Numbered from the stretch's first letter, positions 8,961 through 18,686 are shown. The stretch is DNA of 64,000 nt from an uncultured virus (IMG/VR IMGVR_UViG_3300042366_001473) (IMGVR_UViG_3300042366_001473); one strand, 5' to 3'. Notes: a model not told the origin generated them from the sequence alone. Translations and numbers: made by a program.

Positions 8961-11900
8961 AAGCGGCTGCTCCAGAAATTTCACCAGTGTTCTTGATACG
9001 CAATGGAATATAGATAAATTCCACAGCCTTCACTGGTTCAATGGCAATGTCGACCCATAGCTCGTTTCGATCGATACGTGCTGGAGTATTGTTGCTGTTG
9101 TCGCAGACCACTAGGTAGTCGTAAATTGCTCGCTTGGCTGTCAGGTCAATCATCAAGCTGTTGACAGTGTTGGTGATTTCCTGACGAGTAACTTCGTCGT
9201 TGGGTTCAAACAAGAACAACTTGCCAATCTGCTCCAGTCGTCCACGCAAGAACGCAACCAGTCGTGCAACGTTGATACGATCCAGTGCGGTGGTAGTCAC
9301 AGTGGTAGTTTTGTTACCAAAGTTGGTGATACCTACACCTGGAATAAACGTGATTGGGTTGATGTTGCGTTCATACAAGATGTCACGCAGTGCTTGTCCC
9401 ATGCTCAACTGCACAAATTCGCCAGTTGCGCCGTTGATGTAACCAATAGCCAGTGCATTGTCCACCACGCCACGACGTGTACCAGCTGGAGCCAACCATG
9501 GATAGCTTACAGCATCGCTGCGCAGGATGGTGCGTACCATCATGTGACTTGGAGGAGCAACCACGGTGTTGCCGCTGAGGTCTGTGGTCTGGCAGCTGGG
9601 GTAGAATGCGCCAGCATAGTTGCTGGTTGCAATCTGACCGTCTTCAGTGACCAATCCCAGTCCATTGTTGTTGGTAGCCCAGTTCACAAGACTTGTGCCA
9701 CTTGGATCCAGTCGCATTGGAGTATCTGCTACCACAAACAATGTGTTGCTGCGCTCGTTGCTGAGTGCAATCATGTTGGGAGTAAGCTCAGGATATGCGG
9801 GTGTAGCAATCAAGTTGAAGTCAACTTGTTCTTCTCGAATGCTCAAACTGGTGTCAATTCCTGACTTCAATGCTGCCACAATCATTTTGCGTTGTGCCTG
9901 ACGTCCTGACCACATGCTGCCATCATCTTTGTTGCCGCTGGCAGTTAACCAAGTGTTTTTCACACTAGGTAGAGTATCGTCAGGGAAGCTCGTGGCATTG
10001 AAATAGTTTTCTTGGAAACTCTTGACGTTGTAGCCACTACGACGTGTGTTGAACAACAGCATGCCCTGTGGATACAGTGCAGGATCAGGTGCATCAAGAT
10101 CCAGGTAATTGCTGGTCAACAAGCTTTCGATAGTTGGGAAAGGATCGCTGATTGGATCAGTAGTTCCGTTGCCGGCCCAACGTGCGTCTGCAAACAGCAC
10201 GCCATTTTCAGTGACCTGGTCTGTGGTGTCGATTGAAACCCATTGGTTTTCTCCAGCAACAGCTTGCCAACGATAAATTGCAGGATAGTTTTCTAGGTCG
10301 CTGGAATCGATCCAAAGATCACCAAATTGCAATGGGCTTTCACTGGCGTCATTTTGTGTAGTTGGTGCTGTGGCAGCAATGATAGGACCGCTGGCGTTGG
10401 TCTCGCTGAGGTCAAAACCACGAACATCATTGACAACGTTTTGATAGCCTTGCCAGGTGCCATTGTCCTGAATCATGATGTCAACATCGCTAACAGAACT
10501 GTAGAACCACAGTCGTCCATCTGCTGGATCAACATCTGGTGCAGTGTCGCTGGCTGTGTATGTAAATTCAGGTGTACCAACCCAATTACTCAATGTTAGT
10601 TGAGTAGCCGACAATCTACCTTGACGAACCAACGGAGTAACCAACGTAAATCCTGCAGCAGTCAGTGGCGTTCCGATAACATTCTCGACTACCATGGTTC
10701 CGCCTTGACTGTGTGTCAACACAATGTTTCCTGCTGAGTTAACACTGGCACTGACATTAGGTATGTTAGCTGCACTAACCGCAGCAACAAAAGCTGCTGG
10801 AGTTGTTCCGCCCAACGTTGCTGTTCCAAGAACTGAGGTTGGTGTGGCTGACGCTTGACTGGCTCGAATAGTAAAACTATTTCCTGAAACAAAAGTTGGA
10901 TTGGCCACAGTACCAGTGACCACTGTTGCGCCCAATACATATCGACTTAGAATTTCGTATGATGCAGTTTGATTGGGAGTAGTTGCATAAAAATATGGAT
11001 CAACGTTGACATACGTGGTGCCAACTGGAATGTTTTTTCCGCCTCCACTGGGGTCAAGACCGCTCAATGCCGCAAAGTCTCCAATGTATGCATTGCTGGT
11101 TTGTGCAACCCAATCTCCCAGCACTGTACTGTATTTTTTGATCACTACATTTATACCGCTGTTGGCAGCACTCATGTTGTTCCATACAGATCCTGTGGGG
11201 CGCGGTGTAGCATCGGTTGTTCTCCAGCGTGGTACTTGATAACTGTAAGACGGAAGGTATATAGGGGCACGATAATCACCTGCTGTGATCCCCAAACTGG
11301 TCAGCAGTGCTGCACCGTTGTTGCCGCCTGGTTCAATTGCAACTACGCCACCGTTGAGACTGGAACCATCGCTGGTAGATGTTGAATCTGCGTACAGTGT
11401 AAGTTTGCCGCTGACTGCTTCTGCACTAACACCCTGGATTGTGGCTGCGTTAATGGCTGCTGCCAAACCAGCCACAGTGTTGGTGCTTGGTACTGCTACA
11501 AGTGTGCCATTGATAAAAAGATTGTAACCTACAACCAGACTAGACGGGCTAGCGGTACCTGTCAATGTAGGCCACGAGTCTTTCCACCCGTCATCACCAA
11601 TTTGCACCCAGGAGTTGCTGGAATTTTTGTAATAGCCAAATATAATTTCTCCGATAGCAACCATTGCATAGTCGCCAATGCTGCCCACCGATGATAGTGG
11701 TGTGTAATCTTCTGCATCAGCATCGACAACTTCAGCAGGGTCAGTGATCACAATAGGAGTTTTGACAGTGAATGTTCCAGTAGTTTGGTTCCATTCTTGG
11801 ATCCCCCACACAGATTCAGATATGTCAAGCCAAGTAGTATTGTTGGCAGGCTCACCCACTGGACGATTCAAACTGGCAGTTAGTTCTGTCAAGTCAATGT

Positions 11901-12237
11901 CAACACGCTGAACATAAGCACGGTTAGTGACACCCAGTGAAGAATAAGCAGCCAACAAGCCGTATTCATTGAGTTCATACCCGTTGATCGGGGTACCATT
12001 GGTGGTGTTGTAGAAGAACGGTACACCAAAAGTTGCAGCCAAATCGCGTTGGCTGGTAATTAGATAAGTTTTGTTTGCGTTGGCAGCCAATGTACCGGCA
12101 GCAACGGTAATACCGTCAGCGGATACTTTGTCTTGTGCAGTTGCAACCAAGAAGTAAGGCACTGAATTAACAGCACTTGGAATATATTGACTTTCGTCAA
12201 TTACTGTTACTTCTACGCCGGGTGATACTAGAGCCAT
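8959..12237 (-). CDS. gp18: Tail sheath protein gp18
   Basis: MALVSPGVEVTVIDES N-terminus; PWLAPAGTRRG, INPI, DRINVARL, FEPND, CDNSNNTPARIDRNEL, IEPVKAVEFIYIP. Confidence 0.97.
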   Translation of the reverse strand: MALVSPGVEVTVIDESQYIPSAVNSVPYFLVATAQDKVSADGITVAAGTLAANANKTYLITSQRDLAATFGVPFFYNTTNGTPINGYELNEYGLLAAYSSLGVTNRAYVQRVDIDLTELTASLNRPVGEPANNTTWLDISESVWGIQEWNQTTGTFTVKTPIVITDPAEVVDADAEDYTPLSSVGSIGDYAMVAIGEIIFGYYKNSSNSWVQIGDDGWKDSWPTLTGTASPSSLVVGYNLFINGTLVAVPSTNTVAGLAAAINAATIQGVSAEAVSGKLTLYADSTSTSDGSSLNGGVVAIEPGGNNGAALLTSLGITAGDYRAPIYLPSYSYQVPRWRTTDATPRPTGSVWNNMSAANSGINVVIKKYSTVLGDWVAQTSNAYIGDFAALSGLDPSGGGKNIPVGTTYVNVDPYFYATTPNQTASYEILSRYVLGATVVTGTVANPTFVSGNSFTIRASQASATPTSVLGTATLGGTTPAAFVAAVSAANIPNVSASVNSAGNIVLTHSQGGTMVVENVIGTPLTAAGFTLVTPLVRQGRLSATQLTLSNWVGTPEFTYTASDTAPDVDPADGRLWFYSSVSDVDIMIQDNGTWQGYQNVVNDVRGFDLSETNASGPIIAATAPTTQNDASESPLQFGDLWIDSSDLENYPAIYRWQAVAGENQWVSIDTTDQVTENGVLFADARWAGNGTTDPISDPFPTIESLLTSNYLDLDAPDPALYPQGMLLFNTRRSGYNVKSFQENYFNATSFPDDTLPSVKNTWLTASGNKDDGSMWSGRQAQRKMIVAALKSGIDTSLSIREEQVDFNLIATPAYPELTPNMIALSNERSNTLFVVADTPMRLDPSGTSLVNWATNNNGLGLVTEDGQIATSNYAGAFYPSCQTTDLSGNTVVAPPSHMMVRTILRSDAVSYPWLAPAGTRRGVVDNALAIGYINGATGEFVQLSMGQALRDILYERNINPITFIPGVGITNFGNKTTTVTTTALDRINVARLVAFLRGRLEQIGKLFLFEPNDEVTRQEITNTVNSLMIDLTAKRAIYDYLVVCDNSNNTPARIDRNELWVDIAIEPVKAVEFIYIPLRIKNTGEISGAAA

Positions 12238-12262
12238 AGTGGGTTCCTTTTTAAGTTACAGA

Positions 12263-12270
12263 TATTTATA
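12263..12270 (-). promoter_or_regulatory. T4 late promoter TATAAATA for sheath gene
   Basis: Perfect TATAAATA on - strand 25 nt upstream of gp18 ATG, AAGGA RBS between. Confidence 0.85.
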
Positions 12271-12319
12271 GGTATATTGAAAAAACCGCCCTCTATGTTG
12301 CCCTTTGCAAAGGTCCACC

Positions 12320-12327
12320 TATAAATA
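12320..12327 (+). promoter_or_regulatory. T4 late promoter TATAAATA for HNH gene
   Basis: Perfect TATAAATA 4 nt before ATG 12332. Confidence 0.8.
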
Positions 12328-12331
12328 CCTC

Positions 12332-12679
12332 ATGAAAAGACCCACTTGTCCTGTGTGCAATCAACGTGCTTGTGCCATAAACTACCGACGCGACGAAGTT
12401 GTGCACTATCGCAGTCGTTGCGAGAACTGTGTTCGCAAAAGAAAAAAGTTGCCCAAAAGAAAACCCAGCTGGGAGTCAGCTGGGTACAAGAAAAAAATGC
12501 AGTGTGATCGTTGTGGTTTCAAGGCACGATATTCGGCCCAAACTCTAGTGTATCATGTAGACGGGAATCTCGCCAACTGCGATATAAAAAATCTCAAAAC
12601 GGTGTGTCGTAACTGCGAAGTCGATTTATCAAAATCTGATTCGATATGGCGACCTGGTGATTTGCAACCAGACGGCTAA
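12332..12679 (+). CDS. Zn-finger HNH endonuclease-like protein
   Basis: CxxC pairs; YHVDGNLANCDIKNLKTVCRNC HNH-type motif; ATG at 12332 preferred over TTG 12305. Confidence 0.75.
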   Translation: MKRPTCPVCNQRACAINYRRDEVVHYRSRCENCVRKRKKLPKRKPSWESAGYKKKMQCDRCGFKARYSAQTLVYHVDGNLANCDIKNLKTVCRNCEVDLSKSDSIWRPGDLQPDG

Positions 12680-13163
12680 CCAGCTCACGAGTGTTGCGCT
12701 TGAGATCCGATAGTGTACCGTTGTTGTCAATCACATAATCAGCCATCCAAATTTCCAGGCTCATGCTGGATTTGTCCTCTGTAGGCAAGTGATCACTACG
12801 ATCTACCCAAATAGCATAATCAAACACATTGGTATTCTTCATGGCATGGAATTCTGCTTTGTTGCGTAGGCCGCAATAGATTTCGTTTTCAGCAAAAATT
12901 TCTCTGCCCAGTCTAGCATAATCGTCTCGGCAGTATTCATGAATCATGTTGTACCATTCAGCACGATGATTGTGTCGATCTTCAAAGCACTGCTCGTAGC
13001 TGGTATACCCATACTTGGGTGCTAGTTCGGTATAGATAAACTTTTCAGCACAAAAGTCCGAACTAGATCTAAAATTATACCCAAATTCTTCACGTAGAAT
13101 ATCACACACAGTGTCTTTGCCGTGGCGTGCGTTGCCAATAATCAGAAGTTTGGGTAAGGTCAT
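12594..13163 (-). CDS. Deoxynucleoside monophosphate kinase (T4 gp1-like)
   Basis: IIGNARHGKDTV P-loop; ADYVIDNNGTLSDL C-terminal motif; ATG 13163 overlaps the upstream stop (ATGA). Confidence 0.75.
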   Translation of the reverse strand: MTLPKLLIIGNARHGKDTVCDILREEFGYNFRSSSDFCAEKFIYTELAPKYGYTSYEQCFEDRHNHRAEWYNMIHEYCRDDYARLGREIFAENEIYCGLRNKAEFHAMKNTNVFDYAIWVDRSDHLPTEDKSSMSLEIWMADYVIDNNGTLSDLKRNTRELVSRLVANHQVAISNQILINRLRSYDTPF

Positions 13164-13684
13164 TTGAGTGAAGTCACGTTGAGGTGTTGTAGAGTGCGTT
13201 GCAGCATGCCAATCTGTCTGCGGCAATCCTCTAGGGCATGATGGCTAGTGGGTGGCATGGGTTGATCAGGCCACAGGCTGAACACTGTACGACTGTCCCT
13301 GACCATGTAGTACTTCCAGGGCAAGGGCTTGTGATAGCTCTTGTAGGCATGTTCCAGGATATTCATGTCGTATGTGGGACCTTGTGCCCAGATTCTGTTG
13401 GAGTGCCAAATCAACCGGCCTAGCTCGTCCAGTGCTTGATCCAAGGGCACACGGTGCTGTTCACCAAACGCTTCTTCACGTGCGTGATCTGGCTGGGTGG
13501 CCCACCACTCAATTGTGCCTTGATCAATGTCCCGTGTTTCTTGACTTTCCAGTGTGATTCGGGCATAGTAAGATTGCTCATAATACCCTGTGTCAAAGGG
13601 ATCAAAGCTCTGGGCAGCAATGGTTAGAATACAGGTGTTGGGACCAGTTGCCAGTCCTTCGAGATCAATCATTAAATCAGCCAT
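13160..13684 (-). CDS. DEDDh 3'-5' exonuclease (DexA/ExoVIII-like)
   Basis: MIDLE, WAQGPTYDMNIL, RDSRT, HHALEDC motifs. Confidence 0.85.
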   Translation of the reverse strand: MADLMIDLEGLATGPNTCILTIAAQSFDPFDTGYYEQSYYARITLESQETRDIDQGTIEWWATQPDHAREEAFGEQHRVPLDQALDELGRLIWHSNRIWAQGPTYDMNILEHAYKSYHKPLPWKYYMVRDSRTVFSLWPDQPMPPTSHHALEDCRRQIGMLQRTLQHLNVTSLK

Positions 13685-13690
13685 GCACTG

Positions 13691-13719
13691 ATTATAGCAT
13701 GTTTATGACTGAAGGTCAA
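13691..13719 (-). promoter_or_regulatory. Sigma70-type early promoter
   Basis: TTGACC-17nt-TATAAT with extended TG; -10 ends 6 nt before ATG 13684. Confidence 0.8.
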
Positions 13720-14431
13720 TGTTCATGGCTAACTTGAGCCAGTCAATCATGGCATTTCGAGTAGGATGATAACCATCAGTTTCCAACCGGTTGTGTTGTT
13801 TGGCCCATTCATAAGGAGCGTCAAATCTGGTAAATTTTTTCCAGTCAACCATGGAGTACAACGGTGATGCGGTATCCATAATTCCATGCGAATGTTCTTC
13901 AGTTTCTTGAGGAATACTGCGCTGAGTATCGTATATAAATGCCATTTGATAAGGTACACCTGATTTTTCCAACACAGCCTGGCACGAAATTATGCTCAAC
14001 AGTGTCATTTCTGTTAGGTAAGTGCTGCCTGATTCTGCGCCTAGATACTGGGTACGAAAAAATTGTCTCAAGGACTCTGGGGTGCCTGACTCGCTTGTGC
14101 CTGACCCACAGATGCCGCCTGAATGATACCAGGACATGCTGCCCACTGGGCAACTTGCTGCCCAAGAATCTTTGCCATTGGGAGGATAAGTTTTGTGTAG
14201 TTCTTGGCTGATAGGGAAATCCAGGCGGTTAATGCCAGACCACACCACAACTACTTTATCGTAGGTGTCTTGACTGAGTTGATAGATTGTTCTAGCTGCT
14301 ATAGCCTGGTTACCTGACCCTGGTGACGACAGCACTTGATATTTTTTAGAGTCAACATGATAGTCGTCATTGTTTAGTCTATAATTCAATCTGTCCACAA
14401 AACTGCAACCTACCAGCAGTGTTTTGCTCAT
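13703..14431 (-). CDS. SGNH/GDSL-hydrolase-like protein
   Basis: LVGCSF, GSGN, WSGINR, DGYHP blocks; start at 14431 via TGATG coupling with gp13. Confidence 0.6.
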   Translation of the reverse strand: MSKTLLVGCSFVDRLNYRLNNDDYHVDSKKYQVLSSPGSGNQAIAARTIYQLSQDTYDKVVVVWSGINRLDFPISQELHKTYPPNGKDSWAASCPVGSMSWYHSGGICGSGTSESGTPESLRQFFRTQYLGAESGSTYLTEMTLLSIISCQAVLEKSGVPYQMAFIYDTQRSIPQETEEHSHGIMDTASPLYSMVDWKKFTRFDAPYEWAKQHNRLETDGYHPTRNAMIDWLKLAMNIDLQS

Positions 14432-15198
14432 CAGCCAATTACCCAAGTAAGTGGCTGGCTCCCGTCTACATAGTTTTTGAGATCTTCCAGCAGTTTGTCT
14501 ATGGCCGCTTGGCCTTCTGATTTCATGGCTGCACCATTGAGACTGGTTCCACCTTGTGGACCAGCAATGCTGGCAAACTTTTCACGAGCTTCACCAATGA
14601 TCAATTTGGCGTTGGCCACCATGTAGTCCTTGATCCATTGCTGGATCTGATAGTCACTGAGCAAGGTAATTTCAGGCTTGAGGTTGTAGGTCCAAATCAA
14701 CACAGCTTCGCCAGTGGCTTTGGGGTCACGGATCAGCTGTAGTTTTTTGGTCACTGGATTGTATGTGTAGTTCATGTAGCCGCCAAACATACGTGCTGCA
14801 AGTTCAACATACTGACTGTAGAAATCATAGGTAGCAAGTCCACCTGCCACGTTGAAGTTCATCAAATAAACGTTCAAACTGGCCTGGCTAAACGGGTCAA
14901 AGTTAGATGCATAAGGACCAGTGGCATCGCCAAAAGTTCTTCGAAAAATTTGCCGTACACTGATAACTTCTTGCGGCAACTGATAGATGTTTTCATCCTT
15001 GACCAATCGCATGAAGATATAGCTTTCTTCATAGGCATTTTGTGCACGTTGACGGTATGTGCCAATTGTTTTTTGATAAGCGGCTTCGTAGTGTTCGGGA
15101 TCTAGCTCAATGTCAACAATTTGCGAGCCCAGCTGAAGTTGTACATAATCAATAAGATTTTGTTTTAGAGTAGTTAGGGTATCTTGTTGCTGTTCCAT
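14431..15198 (-). CDS. gp13: Neck protein gp13
   Basis: LIDYVQLQLGSQIVDIELDPEHY...WIKDY...IGEAREKF...GPQGGTSLNG. Confidence 0.88.
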   Translation of the reverse strand: MEQQQDTLTTLKQNLIDYVQLQLGSQIVDIELDPEHYEAAYQKTIGTYRQRAQNAYEESYIFMRLVKDENIYQLPQEVISVRQIFRRTFGDATGPYASNFDPFSQASLNVYLMNFNVAGGLATYDFYSQYVELAARMFGGYMNYTYNPVTKKLQLIRDPKATGEAVLIWTYNLKPEITLLSDYQIQQWIKDYMVANAKLIIGEAREKFASIAGPQGGTSLNGAAMKSEGQAAIDKLLEDLKNYVDGSQPLTWVIG

Positions 15199-15216
15199 TG
15201 GATTTACCTTGTGCTG

Positions 15217-15882
15217 TTATTTATTGCGTATCCAATGTGCTAGCTTGTTGGCAATTAATTCGTGCCCCAACTGATTAGGATGTGCAAAATTAGGACGTAT
15301 GTAAGGGTTGTTTTCAATATTGATCAGGTGCTCGCCGTTGTGCGCCGATGCACCAAACCAATCGCCGGCTGTTTCCTGCCCGCCGGCCCAAATTTTATCA
15401 GTATCAACCATGGGCAGCCAGTGAGTATATTTTACCCATCCTGAGAAATAGTAATCGCTGATGTTGTGCAGTTTACACCACTGTTGCAGTGCTGTTATTG
15501 CAAGACTGTTTCTCATGACAGCAACATCGTCAGAATAAAAATGTAAATAATTTTTTGCAAAAACTTCCCTGGCTTCTTTGTTCCAATTTTGCCTTTCGGG
15601 ACCGTGAATGTTGAATCCAGCGTCTGTTGGAAAATAAAATGTACGGTGGGGATTGGTTAGAAAAAACACAGCAACAACACGGTGATCCGGGTCCCATTGC
15701 TGTTGCAAGTAATTTTGTAACTGCAAAATCATGTGCTCGTTGCTGGTACCGCCTTGTCCGTAGTTATAAAACTGGTCAAACCCCAACTGCTGGCACAGTA
15801 TTTCCCCATAACGAGGAACGTTTGGTTCTAATTCAACTCCTTGAGGCCAACTGTCTCCAAAGGTTACCAATACCTGTGTCAT
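15217..15882 (-). CDS. SGNH/GDSL-hydrolase-like protein
   Basis: TFGDSWPQG, NYGQGGTSN, HPNQLGHELIA blocks. Confidence 0.7.
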   Translation of the reverse strand: MTQVLVTFGDSWPQGVELEPNVPRYGEILCQQLGFDQFYNYGQGGTSNEHMILQLQNYLQQQWDPDHRVVAVFFLTNPHRTFYFPTDAGFNIHGPERQNWNKEAREVFAKNYLHFYSDDVAVMRNSLAITALQQWCKLHNISDYYFSGWVKYTHWLPMVDTDKIWAGGQETAGDWFGASAHNGEHLINIENNPYIRPNFAHPNQLGHELIANKLAHWIRNK

Positions 15883-16850
15883 TATTCAAATCCACTGGTG
15901 CTACCTGCTTTTTTTAGTGTGGCAAATATTGCAGTGTTTTTTTCATCGTGCATGAATTCAGGGCAAAATTTACACTGCGGAATTGTTTGATCAATTTTGT
16001 GAAGGAACGTGGCACCACGTTCAACATACTCATCAACCTGCAACGGCTTATAACTGTTGATCAAGTGTCGATCTTGGTCGGATATGTCAAGCTGGTGTTG
16101 GGCATCAAACTCAGGAAACAATGCCACTGGCCCGCATTTATACAATGCACCATGTATAAAATGATAACATTTAAACATGGCAAAACCGCAGCCTTTGTGC
16201 GCCAATTCAGGATCACTGTTGTGCAGTGTAAATTTTCCGTTGGCGTTCAAGTACACCGAGGCACGATAAAAACTATCATACTCCCAAATTGGTATCCTCA
16301 CGTCATTGCTGTCAACGAATGCATGTGTAGCACCAAAGGTCATTGCGTTATTAACATTGGCTGGGTCACTGTGATGATAGTACCTAACGTCACCGTGTAA
16401 AAATTTCTTTACTTCATCAAAACAACGATCAAGGTCATTGCGATTGTGCAAACTTACACCTATCCAATTTTTGATCCCAAGCTTGTTGGGGTTGACTGGG
16501 TTGACCAATCGATTGTACAACCCTTTGACGCTGTTTAAGCGGGTGCCATTGGTCAGAATCTGTGTTGAAACATTCCACAGTCGATTGATACCATCAATCC
16601 AATCTAGAATTGTTGGATTCAACAAAGGCTCGCCGCCAAGGATAGTAACTCGTTGTAGCTTTATGTGCTGAGCCCATTTTTCGTAGATACTTTGATAGTC
16701 GCTCCACTTTTGGTATCCTTTGAACTCGTGATTGTTGAAACGATTGCAATTGAAACAATTCAAGTTACAGACATTTGTGATGTAAAATTCAACATTGTGT
16801 ACAAGGCGACGAGGATCGTCTGGATTCTCGTCAATGAGCAGCATGGTCAT
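15882..16850 (-). CDS. Radical SAM protein
   Basis: CNLNCFNC (CxxxCxxC), LGGEP, TNG, C-terminal Cys residues; GGTAAATA 5 nt before ATG. Confidence 0.9.
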   Translation of the reverse strand: MTMLLIDENPDDPRRLVHNVEFYITNVCNLNCFNCNRFNNHEFKGYQKWSDYQSIYEKWAQHIKLQRVTILGGEPLLNPTILDWIDGINRLWNVSTQILTNGTRLNSVKGLYNRLVNPVNPNKLGIKNWIGVSLHNRNDLDRCFDEVKKFLHGDVRYYHHSDPANVNNAMTFGATHAFVDSNDVRIPIWEYDSFYRASVYLNANGKFTLHNSDPELAHKGCGFAMFKCYHFIHGALYKCGPVALFPEFDAQHQLDISDQDRHLINSYKPLQVDEYVERGATFLHKIDQTIPQCKFCPEFMHDEKNTAIFATLKKAGSTSGFE

Positions 16851-16858
16851 GCAGGTAT

Positions 16859-17995
16859 TTACCAGCTTTTGAGAATGATCAAATTCTCTGTACCGCGGCC
16901 GTTGAACGGTGTTTCTGTGGTGGTCAAGTCCTTGTAGATCTTTCTGGCAGCTGGTTTGCCTGCGGCATTCATGGCTTTGAGCACGTCTGCTGGCTTACGC
17001 AGAGTTTTTTGCTGACTTTCTACTGTGCTAAATCCAATAATAGCATTGCTCTTTACAGTAAATGCTTGCGCATGGCTGTCAGCAACAATATGGATCAGCT
17101 TGCGTTTTTTGGTATCGTACAACCAGGCCTCAGACTTGTCCACAAGACTTGCAGCCGGCAATCCTTTGAGCTTGAGCTCTGCAAACTCTGTGATATGTTT
17201 GAACTTTGCGGCACGTTTTTCTGGACTCACTGCTTTGACTGCTCTTGGCTTGCGCTCGACCTTTTTGATCTGCACATAGGCGCCGCAGTCAGAAATCACA
17301 AGCTCGCAGAACTTTACACAGTTCCGTAACTGCACCTTGCTCAGGTAGTTATAGCCTTGAACCAAGTCTGCATCTTTGCCTGTTACTGCCTCATCAAACT
17401 CTGTGAGTTTACGGGTCCAAATTTGACGGATGTCGTTTACCATTTGTGGTGCAATGTTCATTGAACGCATCAGCGCCACGGGTTTGTAATCAGCACTGAG
17501 TTTGGCACCTGACGCAACAAAGTCATCAAACAAGCCATCTAACTCGCCAGCACACTCAGACACTTTTTCACGCAGTCGGTCCTGGATAGTGATTTTTGGT
17601 ACTGTGTCCTCAACTACCACTTCCTCTAAGACTTCATCTTGTTTGGATTCCAATATCTCTGCTAGCAAGTTATCCAATTTGATCTGCTCCGAATCCGTGA
17701 GTTCTAGTCCCACCATGCTCATGCGGCACAGCCAGCCTGTGGTCAATCGGATAGAGCTGTCTGGAATGCGTTTGAGTGTACGAACGTCTGCTTTGCGACC
17801 ATGCAATTCTAAATAGTTTACAATCATCTCGCGAGCATCTTTTTTGCCGTAGAAATAGTTGTACCACGAGAAAGCATGACTAAAGGCACTGATGCGATTG
17901 TCGGTGGGTTGTGTTTTCCAAGTGGGTTCCATGCCCATGGCATTGGTATCAGCACTACGAGGGTTCAATGGCTTGACGGGTTTGGTTGCAATCAT
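16859..17995 (-). CDS. Hypothetical phage protein (early)
   Basis: 378 aa ORF with AAGGA RBS, downstream of sigma70 promoters. Confidence 0.75.
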   Translation of the reverse strand: MIATKPVKPLNPRSADTNAMGMEPTWKTQPTDNRISAFSHAFSWYNYFYGKKDAREMIVNYLELHGRKADVRTLKRIPDSSIRLTTGWLCRMSMVGLELTDSEQIKLDNLLAEILESKQDEVLEEVVVEDTVPKITIQDRLREKVSECAGELDGLFDDFVASGAKLSADYKPVALMRSMNIAPQMVNDIRQIWTRKLTEFDEAVTGKDADLVQGYNYLSKVQLRNCVKFCELVISDCGAYVQIKKVERKPRAVKAVSPEKRAAKFKHITEFAELKLKGLPAASLVDKSEAWLYDTKKRKLIHIVADSHAQAFTVKSNAIIGFSTVESQQKTLRKPADVLKAMNAAGKPAARKIYKDLTTTETPFNGRGTENLIILKSW

Positions 17996-18004
17996 AATTG
18001 TTCC

Positions 18005-18292
18005 TTACTTAGTCTTGGGCAAGTGTTTTACAGCGTCAAAAAGTTTGGCGGCACGTTTAACATCAAAATTCTTGTGCTTGTACATCCAGGCTTTTTTGCG
18101 CTCTGCCACTTCCAGTGCCTCTGCCAGGCGCCATTTAGTGTCAAAGTCTGCAGACATTATTATACGGCTCATGTCCACAATGTCCAATGCATACTCCACC
18201 CATTTTTCCGTAGCTTTTACTTTGTCATAGGACTGTATAAAGCCCTTGCCTTTTGGACCTGTGTATTTTGCAACAAAGTTAGCGGCTTTCAT
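18005..18292 (-). CDS. Small hypothetical early protein
   Basis: AGGAG RBS; consensus sigma70 promoter upstream. Confidence 0.75.
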   Translation of the reverse strand: MKAANFVAKYTGPKGKGFIQSYDKVKATEKWVEYALDIVDMSRIIMSADFDTKWRLAEALEVAERKKAWMYKHKNFDVKRAAKLFDAVKHLPKTK

Positions 18293-18320
18293 AACATACT
18301 CCTAGAGTGGTTAAGCATGT

Positions 18321-18349
18321 ATTATAGCAAAGATTGATTTTGATGTCAA
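18321..18349 (-). promoter_or_regulatory. Consensus sigma70 promoter overlapped by a 12-bp inverted repeat
   Basis: TTGACA-17nt-TATAAT with extended TG. Confidence 0.88.
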
Positions 18350-18367
18350 TCTTTGCTGGTGTTGTTT

Positions 18368-18613
18368 TTAGAACACAGTACCGCGAAACTGCTCGTAATC
18401 GTAGAATGCTACTAAAGTACTATCTCGGAAGTAAACTGTGATACCGCCCAGATCCTCGCGAGCGTCCCACTTTGTCTGCTCCAAAATAACATTGGTTGCA
18501 CGTACCTCTAGCTCGTCTGTTAAGTCCTCGCAACTTTGAAGAGCTTCTGCCTCATAATCTAAAGTGTATACTTCAGTACTATTAATTTGTGCGCTTTGTA
18601 CATCTGTTAGCAT
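18368..18613 (-). CDS. Small acidic hypothetical early protein
   Basis: AAGGAG RBS; own sigma70 promoter. Confidence 0.7.
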   Translation of the reverse strand: MLTDVQSAQINSTEVYTLDYEAEALQSCEDLTDELEVRATNVILEQTKWDAREDLGGITVYFRDSTLVAFYDYEQFRGTVF

Positions 18614-18640
18614 TGTGGCTCCTTGTGTAGTTAAGTGCTA

Positions 18641-18669
18641 ATTATAGCAGTTTGGGAATATCCAGTCAA
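18641..18669 (-). promoter_or_regulatory. Sigma70-type early promoter
   Basis: TTGACT-17nt-TATAAT with extended TG. Confidence 0.82.
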
Positions 18670-18678
18670 CCAAAATAC

Positions 18679-18686
18679 TATAAATA
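18679..18686 (+). promoter_or_regulatory. T4 late promoter TATAAATA for gp14-gp15-NUDIX operon
   Basis: Perfect TATAAATA 5 nt before ATG 18692. Confidence 0.82.
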
